Assembly (NCBI GenBank): GCA_026392695.1
Contig: JAPLBP010000154.1
Location: 7,854-71,853 of the forward strand
Direction of reading: 5' to 3'
Length of the DNA: 64,000 nucleotides
DNA from: Actinomycetota bacterium
GTDB lineage: Bacteria; Actinomycetota; Actinomycetes; Nanopelagicales; Nanopelagicaceae
The translations under genes were made by a program, and so were the position numbers. Below the pieces are notes generated by a model. It was not told where the DNA came from. It ran no database searches and saw only the letters and a program-made list of their open reading frames with translations. The stretch's first letter is position 1, and the number at the start of each line of letters is the position of its first letter. Below are positions 6,917-17,616 of this stretch, piece by piece.

Positions 6917-8751
6917 TATTTGGATCCGCCTTTCGCAATTTCATCCGCCGTCAAATATTTCTCGAGTTCATGCACGTCAAATAAATCATAAAGTTCTTTA
7001 GGAATTGCTGGGAGCGCTTGGGCTCTTACATTTACTTTAGAACCATCAAAACTAGATATGTGGTTAATCTGTCGCCATTTACTATTCATGCCAGGAAAAT
7101 CATCTCTGGTGTGTCCGCCTCGAGACTCTTCACGAAGAATTGCAGACTTAGCTGTGCTCTCGGCAACTAACAACATGTTGTCTAAATCGAACGCGAGGTG
7201 AAAACCAGGATTAAAATGGCGTCCGCCACTTACCGAAACATTTGCACTTCGTTTGCGAATTTCCGCAATCCTTTCGATCGCTTCTTTCAGCTCAGCGCCG
7301 GTGCGAACAATTCCAACGAGGTTGTGAGTGATCTCCTGCAACTCTGCGTGAAGTGAATACGAATTCTCCCCACCCACGCGACTAAAGGGCGCTTCAATTC
7401 TTTCGGACGCCGCTTTGATAGAACTCTCCCTCACGGGAATTCGATTCGCTTTCTTTGCGTACTCCGAAGCGCCAATTCCTGCTCGACGACCAAAAACCAA
7501 TAGATCGGAAAGGGAATTTCCGCCCAAACGGTTAGAGCCGTGCATTCCGCCCGCGACCTCACCTGCCGCAAAAAGTCCTGGAACTCCAACTGCAGCAGCG
7601 GTATCTGGTTCTACCTCAACACCGCCCATCACATAGTGACATGTTGGACCAACTTCCATCGCCTCTTTAGTGATATCCACTCCTGCTAGTTCAAAGAATT
7701 GATGCCACATAGACGGCAGTCGCTTCTTAATGACTTCAGCGCTCAAACGCTTAGAAACATCGAGGAAAACGCCACCATGTTCGGTACCACGACCTGCTTT
7801 TACTTCTGAATTGATTGCACGAGCAACCTCATCGCGCGGAAGTAATTCTGGAGGTCGACGATTATTATCCTGATCGAGATACCAACGATCGGCTTCGGCT
7901 TCGTTATCGGCGTACTTGTCATTAGTGAGAACTCCGCCCTCTCCACGCACAGATTCCGTCACAAGAATTCCGCGCACGGATGGAGGCCAGACCATTCCAG
8001 TTGGATGGAATTGTAAAAATTCCATATCCACAAGGTTCGCGCCGGCTTTTAGAGCAAGGGCATGACCGTCTCCGGTGCCCTCCCAAGAATTTGACGTGAT
8101 CTTGAAGGTCTTGCCAACTCCACCGGTGGCAATAATGACTGTGGGTGCTTCGAACAAAACCTCGGCACCACTTTCGCGCCAATATCCGTAAACGCCAGCA
8201 ATTTGACCTTGCTCCTTAAGGATTTCTGTCACCGTAAGTTCGGCAAAAACCTTGATATTGGCTTCCATTGAACCAAACTTTTTTCCATCTTCTTGTTGAA
8301 GAGCCACGATCTTTTGTTGCATCGTGCGGATCAGTTCCAATCCAGTGCGATCTCCAACATGTGCAAGGCGTGGATATTCATGTCCTCCGAAGTTACGTTG
8401 CGAAATCTTTCCTTCTTTAGTGCGATCAAACAACGCGCCCCAAGTTTCAAGTTCCCAAATGCGATCGGGTGACTCTTTGGCATGAAGTTCGGCCATGCGG
8501 TAATGATTGAGAAATTTGCCACCCCGCATCGTGTCTCGAAAGTGCACTTGCCAGTTGTCTTTTTCGTTGACATTGCCCATTGATGCGGCGGCGCCACCTT
8601 CGGCCATAACGGTATGCGCCTTACCAAAGAGAGATTTACAAATGATTGCCACCCGAAGGTTTGCCTCGCGCGCTTCAACAGCGGCTCGTAAACCGGCTCC
8701 ACCTGCTCCGATAACGATTACGTCGTACTCGTGGCGTTCGATAGAAGTCAT
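6916..8751 (-). CDS. sdhA: Succinate dehydrogenase/fumarate reductase flavoprotein subunit
   Basis: FAD fold VIVIGAGGAGLRAA; motifs HTVMAEGG, FHPTG, RGEGG, HYVMGG, SNRLGGNSL. Confidence 0.92.
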   Translation of the reverse strand: MTSIERHEYDVIVIGAGGAGLRAAVEAREANLRVAIICKSLFGKAHTVMAEGGAAASMGNVNEKDNWQVHFRDTMRGGKFLNHYRMAELHAKESPDRIWELETWGALFDRTKEGKISQRNFGGHEYPRLAHVGDRTGLELIRTMQQKIVALQQEDGKKFGSMEANIKVFAELTVTEILKEQGQIAGVYGYWRESGAEVLFEAPTVIIATGGVGKTFKITSNSWEGTGDGHALALKAGANLVDMEFLQFHPTGMVWPPSVRGILVTESVRGEGGVLTNDKYADNEAEADRWYLDQDNNRRPPELLPRDEVARAINSEVKAGRGTEHGGVFLDVSKRLSAEVIKKRLPSMWHQFFELAGVDITKEAMEVGPTCHYVMGGVEVEPDTAAAVGVPGLFAAGEVAGGMHGSNRLGGNSLSDLLVFGRRAGIGASEYAKKANRIPVRESSIKAASERIEAPFSRVGGENSYSLHAELQEITHNLVGIVRTGAELKEAIERIAEIRKRSANVSVSGGRHFNPGFHLAFDLDNMLLVAESTAKSAILREESRGGHTRDDFPGMNSKWRQINHISSFDGSKVNVRAQALPAIPKELYDLFDVHELEKYLTADEIAKGGSK

Positions 8752-8763
8752 AGTGAGCGCCCC

Positions 8764-9582
8764 TTAGAAAAAGAAGAAGTTGGAAATAGAACCGGATGAA
8801 ACGAGTCGCACATAGAAATCTGCAAATGCAACCCCGAAGAGGGAAATCCAAGCAAAGTTCTGGTGCTTGTGATTAAGAATTGAAACGTAAGTCCAAGCCC
8901 TGTACCTGACTGGGTGTTTGGAGAAATTGCGTAGACGGCCACCAATGGTGTGGCGACATGTGTGGCACGAAAGCGAGTAAAGCCACAGGAATGTGGCGTT
9001 GGCCAGCAAGACGAGCGAGCCTACTGAGACATGTCCCCAATGCATTTGACCACTTGAATCTGGGCGCCTAAAAGCAAGAACCGCATCGATAGTTAAGAAA
9101 ACGTTTAAGACTAAACCAGCAAAGAAGAAGTAGCGATGGGAATTCTGAAGAATAAGTGGGGCTCTGGTTTCGCCGGTGTAGGTCTTATGTGGTTCTGCTA
9201 CTGCGCAAGCTGGTGGTGACATCCAAAAAGAACGGTAGTAACCCTTGCGGTAGTAGTAGCACGTAAGACGAAAGCCCAACGGAAAGAGCAAAATAAAGAG
9301 TGAAGGAGAAACCGTCGCACCAAAAATGTGAAGGATCCCTATGGGAGTCCCCACCATCGAAGCACCCTCAACGCACGCTTTGGAAAGACATGGGGAATAG
9401 AAAGGTGAAATCAGTGAGTTGGCGCCAGAGAAATAATTGTCATTTTCAAATGCCCGAAAAGTTGCATACACGATGAAGGAGGAAAGAACGAGAACGATAA
9501 AAGCTGGCTGTAGCCACCATCTATCCGTTCGAAGGGTCCGCTCAGAAATCTTTGCTCGGTTTGCTGAAAAAACTCCAGACAT
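8764..9582 (-). CDS. sdhC: Succinate dehydrogenase single membrane-anchor subunit (mycobacterial Sdh1/Rv0249c-like)
   Basis: 272-aa polytopic membrane protein directly upstream of sdhA-sdhB. It contains the compact Cys/His motif SCHTCRH. Confidence 0.65.
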   Translation of the reverse strand: MSGVFSANRAKISERTLRTDRWWLQPAFIVLVLSSFIVYATFRAFENDNYFSGANSLISPFYSPCLSKACVEGASMVGTPIGILHIFGATVSPSLFILLFPLGFRLTCYYYRKGYYRSFWMSPPACAVAEPHKTYTGETRAPLILQNSHRYFFFAGLVLNVFLTIDAVLAFRRPDSSGQMHWGHVSVGSLVLLANATFLWLYSLSCHTCRHTIGGRLRNFSKHPVRYRAWTYVSILNHKHQNFAWISLFGVAFADFYVRLVSSGSISNFFFF

Positions 9583-9681
9583 GGACCATCTCCTTTTGCC
9601 GAGGGCTCAATATGTGGCCGAAGGCGCTAGGGAGCAGTTTCGCGCCTCAAAGAGTGGTTGGCTAGGCAATTTCACGATTAA

Positions 9682-9701
9682 GTGGCTATGAATTGAGCCA
9701 C
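9682..9701 (-). terminator. Hairpin GTGGCT-N8-AGCCAC downstream of tRNA-Ser(UGA)
   Basis: 6-bp stem read directly. On the minus strand it is followed by TTAATCGTGAAATT, which is only weakly U-rich. Confidence 0.25.
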
Positions 9702-9738
9702 ATGGGCAAACCCCACGAGCGAACTAAAGAAATAAGAG

Positions 9739-9821
9739 CGGAGGGCGAGGGATTTGAACCCTCGAAGGTTTCCCTTGCCGGTTTTCAAGACCGGTGCACT
9801 CGGCCGCTATGCGAGCCCTCC
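9739..9821 (-). tRNA. tRNA-Ser (anticodon UGA)
   Basis: Reverse complement GGAGGGC...CCGGT-CTTGAAA-ACCGG...variable arm...GAGGGTTCAAATCCCTC-GCCCTCC-G. Confidence 0.88.
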
Positions 9822-9847
9822 GCCGCGTAATGTACCCGAAGTAGGGC

Positions 9848-10660
9848 TTAAGCAGGTAGTTGAAGAAGTTCCTCGATGATCTGAGCGACGCCATCCTCGG
9901 CAATATCTGGTGCGACGCTTTTAGCGTGCTTTATTCCATCTGGATGACCATTAGCCATGGCATAAGAGCGTCCTGCCCACTCCAACATAGAAAAATCGTT
10001 GGGGTTATCTCCAAAGGCAACACAATCCTTTGCTTCAATGCCAAGACGTGTCGCCAATCTCTCCAAGGTTGCACCTTTTGAAACCCCTAAAGATGAGATC
10101 TCAAGTAGTGAGTCATTGGAATTGGAATGGGTCACCGTAACTAAACCTTCAAGAGCAGGTAGCGCAATTGCGAGCATTTCATCTGCACTAATTTCTTGCT
10201 CCGAACAACGGGCTAACAATTTCAAAGCGGGTTCAGTAATTTTCGGTTCTATGTGATCAACACCAACATTGTCTAACCCGACATCCCAATGCGGAATATA
10301 AGCCTTCTCTCTATGGAAATAGTGGTGGTTTTCGACCGCGAATGAAATCTGTGGGATGAGCTTCCGAAGTCGCTTTACGCTCTCCAATTGTGCCTCAACT
10401 GAAAGTAGCCACTCTTCAATAACTTTATCCTCGGCCATGTCATACAGCATTGCTCCATTGCCACAAATGGCACGACCTATTCCAAAGGCCGCCTGTATCT
10501 CGGGCATCCATCGTGGTGGCCTTCCGGTCACAAAAAAGATTTCAATACCTAATGAGTGCGCTTTGAGAAAAGCATCAATTGTACGTTGTGAAATATCTCC
10601 GTAATGAGCGACGATGGTGCCGTCTAGATCCGATGCGATTAATTTCGGGCGTAAGTTCAC
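9848..10660 (-). CDS. Cof-type HAD-IIB phosphatase
   Basis: Motifs DLDGT, VTGRP and GDNPND in the expected order. Confidence 0.8.
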   Translation of the reverse strand: MNLRPKLIASDLDGTIVAHYGDISQRTIDAFLKAHSLGIEIFFVTGRPPRWMPEIQAAFGIGRAICGNGAMLYDMAEDKVIEEWLLSVEAQLESVKRLRKLIPQISFAVENHHYFHREKAYIPHWDVGLDNVGVDHIEPKITEPALKLLARCSEQEISADEMLAIALPALEGLVTVTHSNSNDSLLEISSLGVSKGATLERLATRLGIEAKDCVAFGDNPNDFSMLEWAGRSYAMANGHPDGIKHAKSVAPDIAEDGVAQIIEELLQLPA

Positions 10661-11925
10661 ACCAACTCGAATCGTGACATTCCTAGGAATGGTTGCAAAG
10701 CTGCGGGAACATTTACGGTTCCATCAGCATTTTGATGATTCTCTAAAATTGCCACAATCATTCGCGGAATTGCAACGAGGGTTCCATTAAGAGTCGCAAC
10801 AGAGGAAACCTCCTGTCCGTCCCTCATTCGAATATTCAAACGTCGAGCTTGGAACTCCGTGCAGTTGGAAGTGCTCGTCACCTCACGGTAAGTGCCTTGT
10901 GTCGGTATCCACGCTTCACAATCAAACTTACGAATGGCACTGGAACCTAGATCACCTGACGCAACGTCGATGACTCTAAAAGGGATTTCCATCGCGTTTA
11001 AGAAATCTTTCTCCCATTGTAGAAGTTTTTGGTGCTCGGCTTGGGCATCTTCTAAGCGGCAAAAAGTAAACATTTCAACCTTGTCGAATTGGTGAACCCT
11101 AATAATGCCTCGAGTGTCTTTTCCATATGTTCCTGCTTCTCTCCGAAAACAAGTGGAATATCCCGCGTAACGTAGTGGCAATTTATTCGCATCAATAATT
11201 TCGTCCATGTGGTAGGCCGCCAATGGCACTTCACTCGTACCAACTAAATAGAAATCATCTTTTTCGAGACTAAAAACATTCTCGGCAGCCTGACCAAGAA
11301 AGCCAGTTCCCTCCATAGCTGGCGGCTTCACCAAGACTGGAGTAATCATGGGTATGAATCCCGCATGCACCGCGCTAGAAATCGCGTAATTGACTAGAGC
11401 AAACTCCAAAAGTGCGCCAACTCCAGTTAAATAATAGAAGCGAGCGCCAGATACCTTCGCTCCTCGTTCCGTATCAATCGCACCTAGTAACTTTCCTAAC
11501 TCAACATGATCTTTTGGCTCAAAACCATCTTTCGTGAAGTCACGAGGTTCTCCAATGTGTTCCAAGACAACGAAATCAGCCTCACCACCGATGGGGGCAT
11601 TTGGATCTAACACATTAGAAAGCAGCAAAGTAAGTTCGGCAGATTTAGCTTCTGCCTCTGATCGGCGAGCATCCGCGGATTTAACTAAGGCAGATAAGGC
11701 TTTGCCTTTTTCCAAAAGAGCCTGTTTCTCATCTCCGCTCGCCGCTCCCACTGCCTTAGAAAAGATATTTTGTTCTGCGCGTAGAGCCTCAAACTCAACA
11801 ATTGCTTGTCGTCGTGTTTCGTCCGCTGCGAGTACTTGATCAACAATCGAAGAATCTTCGCCGCGGCCCCGTTGAGAATTACGAACCGTCTCGGGATTTT
11901 CGCGAATGAATTTGATATCGATCAT
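10657..11925 (-). CDS. serS: Serine--tRNA ligase
   Basis: [12 protein letters not shown] start, coiled-coil arm, class II motifs (FRREAG, GSSAI..., TLNGTL). ATG 11925 forms an ATGA overlap with the pheA stop. Confidence 0.93.
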   Translation of the reverse strand: MIDIKFIRENPETVRNSQRGRGEDSSIVDQVLAADETRRQAIVEFEALRAEQNIFSKAVGAASGDEKQALLEKGKALSALVKSADARRSEAEAKSAELTLLLSNVLDPNAPIGGEADFVVLEHIGEPRDFTKDGFEPKDHVELGKLLGAIDTERGAKVSGARFYYLTGVGALLEFALVNYAISSAVHAGFIPMITPVLVKPPAMEGTGFLGQAAENVFSLEKDDFYLVGTSEVPLAAYHMDEIIDANKLPLRYAGYSTCFRREAGTYGKDTRGIIRVHQFDKVEMFTFCRLEDAQAEHQKLLQWEKDFLNAMEIPFRVIDVASGDLGSSAIRKFDCEAWIPTQGTYREVTSTSNCTEFQARRLNIRMRDGQEVSSVATLNGTLVAIPRMIVAILENHQNADGTVNVPAALQPFLGMSRFELV

Positions 11926-12836
11926 ACTGCCCGTCCTTGCCGCACGTCGTCGAGCCACTGAGTTGACTCACTAAAAGATGCATCGCTTGAGCGTTCTACT
12001 GATGTTGGAGAAGTCTTGTCCGCTCGAGGATATGAACCAAGAAAACGCAAGTCTTCACATATCCGACGCAGACCCGTGAGGGCATCTCCGACTCGTGCGT
12101 CATTGATATGTCCTTCTGCATCAATAATGAAATGGTAGTGGCCCAACTCGCGACCTGTTGGTCGACTTTGGATGAAAGTTAGATTTACTCCGCGCACGGA
12201 AAACTCAGTCAATACTTCTAGGAGCGCTCCGGCGTGATCGCGTCCAATGAAAGCCGCTAAAGAAGTTCGATCATGTCCCGTAGGAGCCGGGATGAATCCT
12301 GGTTTGGAAACCAAAACAAATCGAGTCACAGCCCCGTCATTATCGCCAATATTTGTTGCAATGATTTCAAGACCATAGTGGCTCGCTGCAATCGGCGCTG
12401 CGATAGCTGCGTCAAATTCCCCTCGAGAAATCGCCTCAGCTGCTGCCGCAGTAGATGCTGTAGAAATGATTTCTGCATCCGGATAATTTCGAGCGATGTA
12501 GGTCCGACATTGTGCCTCAGCATGTGGATGCGTTGCGATGCGAGAGATTTTACTTTCTTGATTTTTTGCCATCAATGCGAAGGTGACAGGTAACGTAACT
12601 TCACCTGTGATGATTAGCGGATCTCCTGTTGCAAGTTCGTCCAAAGTGCGGGCTACGACTCCTTCAACTGAATTCTCGATGGGTACCAAAGCGTGGCTGG
12701 TTGAACCATCTCGAACCGAATTGAGAGCTGCTGTGACATTTGCGAATGGAATCAACTCATCAGCATCTGTAGTGATTTGACGCAGCGCAGCTTCCGTAAA
12801 GGTTCCTATTGGCCCAAGATATGCGAAAGTGCTCAT
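11922..12836 (-). CDS. pheA: Prephenate dehydratase
   Basis: [10 protein letters not shown] start, TRF motif, C-terminal ACT domain (ESRP-like FIQSRPT). Confidence 0.9.
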   Translation of the reverse strand: MSTFAYLGPIGTFTEAALRQITTDADELIPFANVTAALNSVRDGSTSHALVPIENSVEGVVARTLDELATGDPLIITGEVTLPVTFALMAKNQESKISRIATHPHAEAQCRTYIARNYPDAEIISTASTAAAAEAISRGEFDAAIAAPIAASHYGLEIIATNIGDNDGAVTRFVLVSKPGFIPAPTGHDRTSLAAFIGRDHAGALLEVLTEFSVRGVNLTFIQSRPTGRELGHYHFIIDAEGHINDARVGDALTGLRRICEDLRFLGSYPRADKTSPTSVERSSDASFSESTQWLDDVRQGRAV

Positions 12837-12839
12837 TGG

Positions 12840-13574
12840 TTAAGAATAGCCGAGGGCTTCGCGTGCGAGCGCCGGCTTATTGGTGATCACGACATCGACA
12901 CCCACTCGAGCGCAAAAGGCTACGTCAGCTCTCTCATTGACGGTCCATACAAAAACTTTCTTGCCTCGTGATCTCGCAGTGGGCATTAGATCGGGGTTCT
13001 TCTTCAATTCTTCAATGCCTGGCCCCCATGTCGGAGCCGAAGAGAAACGCCTCATTATCCGTGATGATTTTGAATCGAGAAGCATCACCGTGTTAAACAA
13101 TGGGCTTGTTCGCTTAAAGCTTTCAACTGCGGACCAAGAAAAAGACATCATGGAAATATCTATACCTGCTTTATCGATCGCACCTTTTCGTTCGCGAAGC
13201 TTTTCCGCCACAGCCTTTTCAATCGCTCGAGTGGTTGGTACTGGGTGCTTCGTCTCGATCAAGAGTCCCTTTTTGTTCAAGATAACAAATTCAAGTAATT
13301 CATCCAGTGTGGCGACTTTCGGATAGCGATCTCGTATCTCATTAAATGAAAGATTGGCTATGTCTCCTGTAGCTCCGGCAGTTCGATCCATCGTCGCGTC
13401 ATGCCACAGAATGATGACTTTGTCTTTAGTTAAGCGAACATCGCATTCAAATCCATCTGCTTTCTGGCGTAAACCTTCTTTATAAGCATCCATAGTGTGT
13501 TCTGGTCGATCAGCGGATGCGCCTCGATGGGCATAGACCAAGGGCAATTTCCCTGCTTTCGTCGCTTTGACCAT
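12840..13574 (-). CDS. glpQ: Glycerophosphodiester phosphodiesterase
   Basis: HRGAS...PEHT, ECDVRLTKD and WTVN motifs of the GDPD family. Confidence 0.85.
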   Translation of the reverse strand: MVKATKAGKLPLVYAHRGASADRPEHTMDAYKEGLRQKADGFECDVRLTKDKVIILWHDATMDRTAGATGDIANLSFNEIRDRYPKVATLDELLEFVILNKKGLLIETKHPVPTTRAIEKAVAEKLRERKGAIDKAGIDISMMSFSWSAVESFKRTSPLFNTVMLLDSKSSRIMRRFSSAPTWGPGIEELKKNPDLMPTARSRGKKVFVWTVNERADVAFCARVGVDVVITNKPALAREALGYS

Positions 13575-13639
13575 GTACCGAGATTAGCATTTACTCTACC
13601 TATAGCAGGCACGAAAATATGAGTAGGGAAGCGAGACGG

Positions 13640-14446
13640 ATGAAGCCGAAGATTCTGTTGGTGGGTATCGATGGGTTAGTCCTATCTACCGCGTTGGATT
13701 CAGGTCAGGCGCCATATTTACAATCTTTAAAAAAACGCGGCTATTTCACGGAATTCACTATGGATGTGCCAACACTCTCTGGTCCGGGCTGGTCAACTTT
13801 GCTTACTGGATCTACGCACGCTGAACATAAAGTTGGAGATAACAGTTTTATCGGTCATAACTTGTTGCGTCGACCTGATTTGCTCAGCCGTGCGTTTTAC
13901 CAAGATCAATCAACCACCACTTTCGCCGCGGCTGGATGGCCACCACTGGTAGATCCGGCAGGACCTGGTCCTGTGATTCATCAACGGCGCGAACAACAAC
14001 TTTCATTTCAGCACCGAGTTATTGTGCGTGACGGGGAAACGCACGGCTATCGTCAAATCGACGCAGAAATTGCGGACGTTGCGATTTATGCGATTTCTCA
14101 ACATGGTCCTGATGTTAGTTTCATTTATTTTTGTGGTGCCGATGAAGCAGGTCATACACATGGAACTCTCGGTCAGGAATACTTACACGCTATTGCTCGA
14201 ATTGATGACCATCTACACCGACTTGAAAGCGCGCTTCTTACTCGCACTCAAAATTACAAGGAAGAGTGGTTGCTTGTACTCACAACAGATCATGGACATC
14301 TTGATGAAGGTGGCCATGGCGGTGATAGTGATCAAGAAAAGGCTTCCTTCTTAATTGCTGTGGGAATAGGTCGAGGTAACCCAGATTGGAATGAACGGAT
14401 GGAGCCTCACGATCTTGTGCCGCTGCTTCTTGACGAACGAGCGTAA
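13640..14446 (+). CDS. Alkaline-phosphatase-superfamily nucleotide pyrophosphatase/phosphodiesterase-like protein
   Basis: Motifs ILLVGIDGL, VPTLSGPGWSTLLTG, GADEAGH, TTDHGH. The start could also be ATG 13619. Confidence 0.7.
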   Translation: MKPKILLVGIDGLVLSTALDSGQAPYLQSLKKRGYFTEFTMDVPTLSGPGWSTLLTGSTHAEHKVGDNSFIGHNLLRRPDLLSRAFYQDQSTTTFAAAGWPPLVDPAGPGPVIHQRREQQLSFQHRVIVRDGETHGYRQIDAEIADVAIYAISQHGPDVSFIYFCGADEAGHTHGTLGQEYLHAIARIDDHLHRLESALLTRTQNYKEEWLLVLTTDHGHLDEGGHGGDSDQEKASFLIAVGIGRGNPDWNERMEPHDLVPLLLDERA

Positions 14447-14478
14447 AAAGCGAACCATTGATAACAGAGAAGAGGTAA

Positions 14479-15531
14479 ATGATGCTCGCCCTTGTAAAGC
14501 AATCTAGCGCGGCCGGGCTTCAATTTGTCGAAAAGCCAGAACCAGAAGTTGGTGACTTCGATGTAAAAATAAGGGTTCTACGTACTGGAATCTGTGGAAC
14601 AGATCTGCACATTCAATCGTGGGATGCATGGGCTGCGAACACAATTAAGGCGCCAATGATTCCAGGTCATGAATTTTATGGAGAAGTTATTGAGGTTGGT
14701 GCCCATGTGCGCGATGTAAAAATCGGAGCATTCGTTTCTGGAGAAGGTCACATTGTTTGTGGCAATTGTCGCAACTGCAGGGCAGGACGAAGACAAATGT
14801 GCATTCGAACATCTGGCGTTGGAGTGAATCGAGACGGGGCTTTTGCTGAATATGTAGTCATACCTGAGTCAAATGTTTGGGTTCACACCAAGCCTGTTGA
14901 TCCAGATATTGGAGCTATTTTTGATCCTTTTGGGAATGCGGTTCATACCGCATTGAGTTTCCCGTTAGTTGGCGAAGATGTCCTAATCACCGGCGCTGGC
15001 CCAATTGGGCTAATGGCTGCGGCTATCGCACGGCATGTTGGAGCACGTTTCATAGTCGTAACGGATGTCTCACCGGAACGACTCGCTCTTGCCGTCACGA
15101 TGGGCGCTGATCTCACTGTGAATGTGGCAAAGGAAGAGATTTCAAGTGCTCAAAAGACGTTGGGAATGACAGAGGGTTTCGATATTGGATTTGAAATGTC
15201 GGGCAGCGCCCGTGCACTTCCAGAAATGATCAACAATATGAATCACGGTGGTCGGGTCGCAATGTTGGGATTGCCATCAACCGAAATCAACGTTGATTGG
15301 GCAAAGATTGTTACTCACATGCTCACCATTAAAGGAATTTACGGACGTGAGATGTTTGAGACCTGGGTAGCAATGAGTGCCATGCTGCAATCAAGTTCAA
15401 CACTTCGGACTGCACTCTCCTCAGTTATTACGGATCGCTTTCCCGCTACGCAATGGGAGGAAGCCTTCGATGTTGCCCGCCAAGCTAAAGGAGGCAAGGT
15501 TGTGTTGAATTGGGAGAATATTCATGTATGA
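14479..15531 (+). CDS. tdh: L-threonine 3-dehydrogenase
   Basis: Zn-ADH motifs [32 protein letters not shown]. Followed by kbl with an 8-nt overlap. Confidence 0.9.
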   Translation: MMLALVKQSSAAGLQFVEKPEPEVGDFDVKIRVLRTGICGTDLHIQSWDAWAANTIKAPMIPGHEFYGEVIEVGAHVRDVKIGAFVSGEGHIVCGNCRNCRAGRRQMCIRTSGVGVNRDGAFAEYVVIPESNVWVHTKPVDPDIGAIFDPFGNAVHTALSFPLVGEDVLITGAGPIGLMAAAIARHVGARFIVVTDVSPERLALAVTMGADLTVNVAKEEISSAQKTLGMTEGFDIGFEMSGSARALPEMINNMNHGGRVAMLGLPSTEINVDWAKIVTHMLTIKGIYGREMFETWVAMSAMLQSSSTLRTALSSVITDRFPATQWEEAFDVARQAKGGKVVLNWENIHV

Positions 15532-16699
15532 GTCGGTAAGGAATCGATTGAAATCAAATCTCGCAGAAATCGAAGGTTTAGGTTTACTCAAGCGCGAACG
15601 CACCATAAGTTCTGCTCAGTCGACTCACATCACTACTGCAGGTAAAGAAGTATTGAATTTTTGTTCTAACAACTATCTAGGATTAGCAAACCATCCTGCA
15701 ATGATTGAAGCAGCAAAGCAAGCTCTAGATGATCGAGGGTTTGGTCTTGCAAGCGTTCGATTTATTTGTGGGACACAAGACTTACATATTCAACTAGAGA
15801 AAGACCTTTCAAATTTCCTGAAACATGATGACGCGATTCTTTTTTCCTCGTGCTTTGACGCTAACGGTGGAATATTCGAAGCACTTTTCAGTGAAGAAGA
15901 TGCAATTATTTCCGACGCCCTCAACCACGCATCAATAATTGATGGGATTCGTCTTAGTAAAGCCGCGCGTTTTCGATACGCGAATCGAGATATGAAAGAT
16001 TTGGAAGTCCAACTTGTGGCTGCGAAATCCGCTCGTCAAAAAGTTATTGTTACCGATGGGGTTTTTTCCATGGACGGATTTATCGCCCCTTTAAAGGAGA
16101 TCTGCGATTTAGCTGATAAATATGGCGCTCTCGTTATGGTTGATGATTCTCACGCGGTTGGCTTTATGGGCGTGCATGGCCGTGGGACTCCTGAATATGC
16201 CGGCGTGGAAGATCGCGTCGACATTCTTACTGGAACTTTTGGAAAAGCGTTGGGTGGCGCGGCTGGAGGTTACGTCTGTTCTCATTCTGAAATTGTCCAG
16301 TTTTTGCGCCAAAAGGCGCGTCCTTACCTTTTTTCTAACTCTCTTCCTCCGATGATTGCCGCCGCTAGCATCGCCGCTTTGGATCTTCTTGAAAAAAGCG
16401 CATCGCTTCGAGTCCAATTACACGCCAACGCAGCTCATTTTCGATCCCGTATGCAAGAAGAAGGATTTGACCTTCTTTCAGGTGAACACCCGATTGTTGC
16501 TGTGATGTTTGGTGAAGCAATCTTGGCAAGTGCAATGGCTGAGCGAATTCTTAAAGAAGGGGTGTATGTCGTTGCCTTCAGTTATCCCGTCGTCCCGCAA
16601 GGAAAGGCACGGATCCGCGTACAACTTTCCGCGCTTCATACCTTGGAAGATATTGAGACTTGTGTAAGTGCATTTGTACGTGCGCGAGAAGGGATTTGA
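15524..16699 (+). CDS. kbl: Glycine C-acetyltransferase (2-amino-3-ketobutyrate CoA ligase)
   Basis: Alpha-oxoamine synthase pattern: [23 protein letters not shown] (PLP lysine). Confidence 0.9.
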   Translation: MYESVRNRLKSNLAEIEGLGLLKRERTISSAQSTHITTAGKEVLNFCSNNYLGLANHPAMIEAAKQALDDRGFGLASVRFICGTQDLHIQLEKDLSNFLKHDDAILFSSCFDANGGIFEALFSEEDAIISDALNHASIIDGIRLSKAARFRYANRDMKDLEVQLVAAKSARQKVIVTDGVFSMDGFIAPLKEICDLADKYGALVMVDDSHAVGFMGVHGRGTPEYAGVEDRVDILTGTFGKALGGAAGGYVCSHSEIVQFLRQKARPYLFSNSLPPMIAAASIAALDLLEKSASLRVQLHANAAHFRSRMQEEGFDLLSGEHPIVAVMFGEAILASAMAERILKEGVYVVAFSYPVVPQGKARIRVQLSALHTLEDIETCVSAFVRAREGI

Positions 16700-16763
16700 A
16701 CCCTCACACCCTTGCGAGTACACGGACCTGAACCGTGCGCGTCTGCCGTTCCGCCACTCACGC
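16681..16763 (-). tRNA. tRNA-Leu (anticodon CAG)
   Basis: Reverse complement GCGTGAG...CACGG-TTCAGGT-CCGTG...variable arm...GAGGGTTCAAATCCCTT-CTCGCGC-A. Its 3' part overlaps the last 19 nt of kbl on the opposite strand. Confidence 0.88.
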
Positions 16764-16830
16764 CTGTTGAGACCGAGATTAGCACCATTAGGCTTGGGCA
16801 ATAAATAATGGATCACAAAGGGGGTTGGCA

Positions 16831-17616
16831 ATGAGTAGCGCTTTTTCTATTGCCGCCCGTTCTGTGACCGGTTTGGTGAGATCTGGTAATGAAGATAGCG
16901 CCCTTCTTCATTCGCACCTTGTAGCAGTCGCAGATGGAATGGGTGGGCATGTGGGAGGAGAAATTGCTTCGTCTCTTGCGATTAAAGTGATCGGCCGACT
17001 GGCCCCGTTAGTGGCTTCCGTAGATGTTGATTCCGTTGAAGATCTACTTTTGAATTCTCTGGACAGCGTGAATGAAGAAATTGCTCGCGTGGTGGAAGAA
17101 GATAGTGATCTCGCTGGTATGGGAACAACCTTGACTACTTTGGCTCTCTACTCGGTTAAGCAAAAAGATTATGTAGCCATACTTCATGTCGGGGACTCGC
17201 GTTGTTATCGCCTACGTGGTGCAACTCTTACGCAGTTGAGCCATGACCACACAGTTTTGCAAGAATTGTTAGACCAAGGAAAAGTAAGTGCGGAAGAAGC
17301 CCAGGACCATCCGCAAAAATCTTTCTTAACACAAGCACTTATGGGTGAAGATAGAAATACTCCAATGCTTACTGTCTTTGAAGTCAAAGAGAATGATCGG
17401 TTTCTTTTATGTAGCGACGGGCTTTGTGGTGTCGTGAGCGAAAAAACTATTAAAGAGGGTTTGAAAATTACCAACAAAGATGAAGCGCTGAGCTTCTTAA
17501 TTGATTCCGCCTTCAGCCAAGGTGCTCCAGACAACGTAACTGTCATTGTTGCAGATATTGGTTCTGGCGTAGATGAAGTTCCAGCAACGTATCTAGGAGC
17601 TGCACTTCATGAGTAA
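16831..17616 (+). CDS. pstP: PP2C-family Ser/Thr phosphatase (catalytic domain only)
   Basis: Motifs RSGNEDS, VADGMGGH, GMGTT, LLCSDGL, APDNVTV. ATG 16831 sits behind AAAGGGGG. Confidence 0.85.
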   Translation: MSSAFSIAARSVTGLVRSGNEDSALLHSHLVAVADGMGGHVGGEIASSLAIKVIGRLAPLVASVDVDSVEDLLLNSLDSVNEEIARVVEEDSDLAGMGTTLTTLALYSVKQKDYVAILHVGDSRCYRLRGATLTQLSHDHTVLQELLDQGKVSAEEAQDHPQKSFLTQALMGEDRNTPMLTVFEVKENDRFLLCSDGLCGVVSEKTIKEGLKITNKDEALSFLIDSAFSQGAPDNVTVIVADIGSGVDEVPATYLGAALHE

